Part shown: piece after piece, positions 63,607-64,000 of the stretch
Layout: every line of letters starts with the position of its first letter
Position numbering within the stretch: the first letter of the stretch is position 1
The notes under the pieces: generated by a model
Databases searched by the model: none
Seen by the model: only the letters and a program-made list of their open reading frames with translations
Told to the model about the DNA's origin: nothing
Origin: Phoronis australis
Taxonomy: Eukaryota > Animalia > Phoronida
Length of the DNA stretch: 64,000 nucleotides
Reading direction: 5' to 3'
NCBI GenBank assembly: GCA_002633005.1
Contig: NMRA01000273.1
Location: 5,968 to 69,967 of the forward strand
Position numbers and translations under genes: made by a program

Positions 63607-64000
63607 GTAGGTAGCACCTTTTACGATCCAAAACCTTGTAACAATGAAGGCTGGAGGTATGACACTAAATCATCACTCTGGCTAAATTAATCAAGTTGTG
63701 GTTATCTCCAACCTTATTTAGTCACCTCCATTCTAACTCGTATATCGAAAAACTAGGCTTTGTCAACTAGCAAAAGTATGTACTTTCTAAAAGAAAAAAG
63801 ATCGGGGATTATTAAAATTTGTTTATATACCATTATTATTATCACATTAACTCCTTTTTTAAGTCAAAATTTAATTTTTTAAGATGCTGTTTGATAGGAA
63901 TTTTCGAATAATCTTTTCATTTGGCTTCTATGACAAATCAACTTGCAAAACTTAAGATATTTTTTAAAAAATAGCAGTCGTATTCCTCTTTGTTACATTA

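Overview
This is eukaryotic, repeat-rich, AT-rich draft-assembly DNA with GT-AG introns and N gaps. The transposon spectrum (Ty3/Gypsy, L1/Tx1, Penelope, DIRS/Ngaro, Kolobok, P-like, Harbinger, Helentron-type) suggests a marine invertebrate animal; that assignment is inference. Host genes are: (1) a spliced IFI27/ISG12-family (Ifi-6-16 domain) gene on + with two firm exons (37649-37882, 39366-39536) and plausible first and last exons (32538-32565, 40017-40045); (2) an orphan paralogous IFI27 exon at 11584-11805; (3) three internal exons of a GALNT2-like polypeptide GalNAc-transferase (60974-63606) that runs off the right end. The region 1.4-15.4 kb is a rearranged duplicate of 37.6-47.5 kb, and part of this duplication may be an assembly or haplotype artefact at single-N joins. 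The rest is nested mobile DNA, including an intron-containing P-element-like transposase pseudogene, THAP-bearing TTAA (Kolobok-type) elements, two MITE families with 5-bp TSDs, and a Helentron-type element carrying periodic CTCF-like motifs. No CRISPR, rRNA or genuine tRNA gene was seen. I found no wholly new system. The most notable points are the IFI27-like immune locus under transposon-associated duplication and exon shuffling, and the CTCF-motif array. All calls are by-eye motif recognition; no database searches were run.
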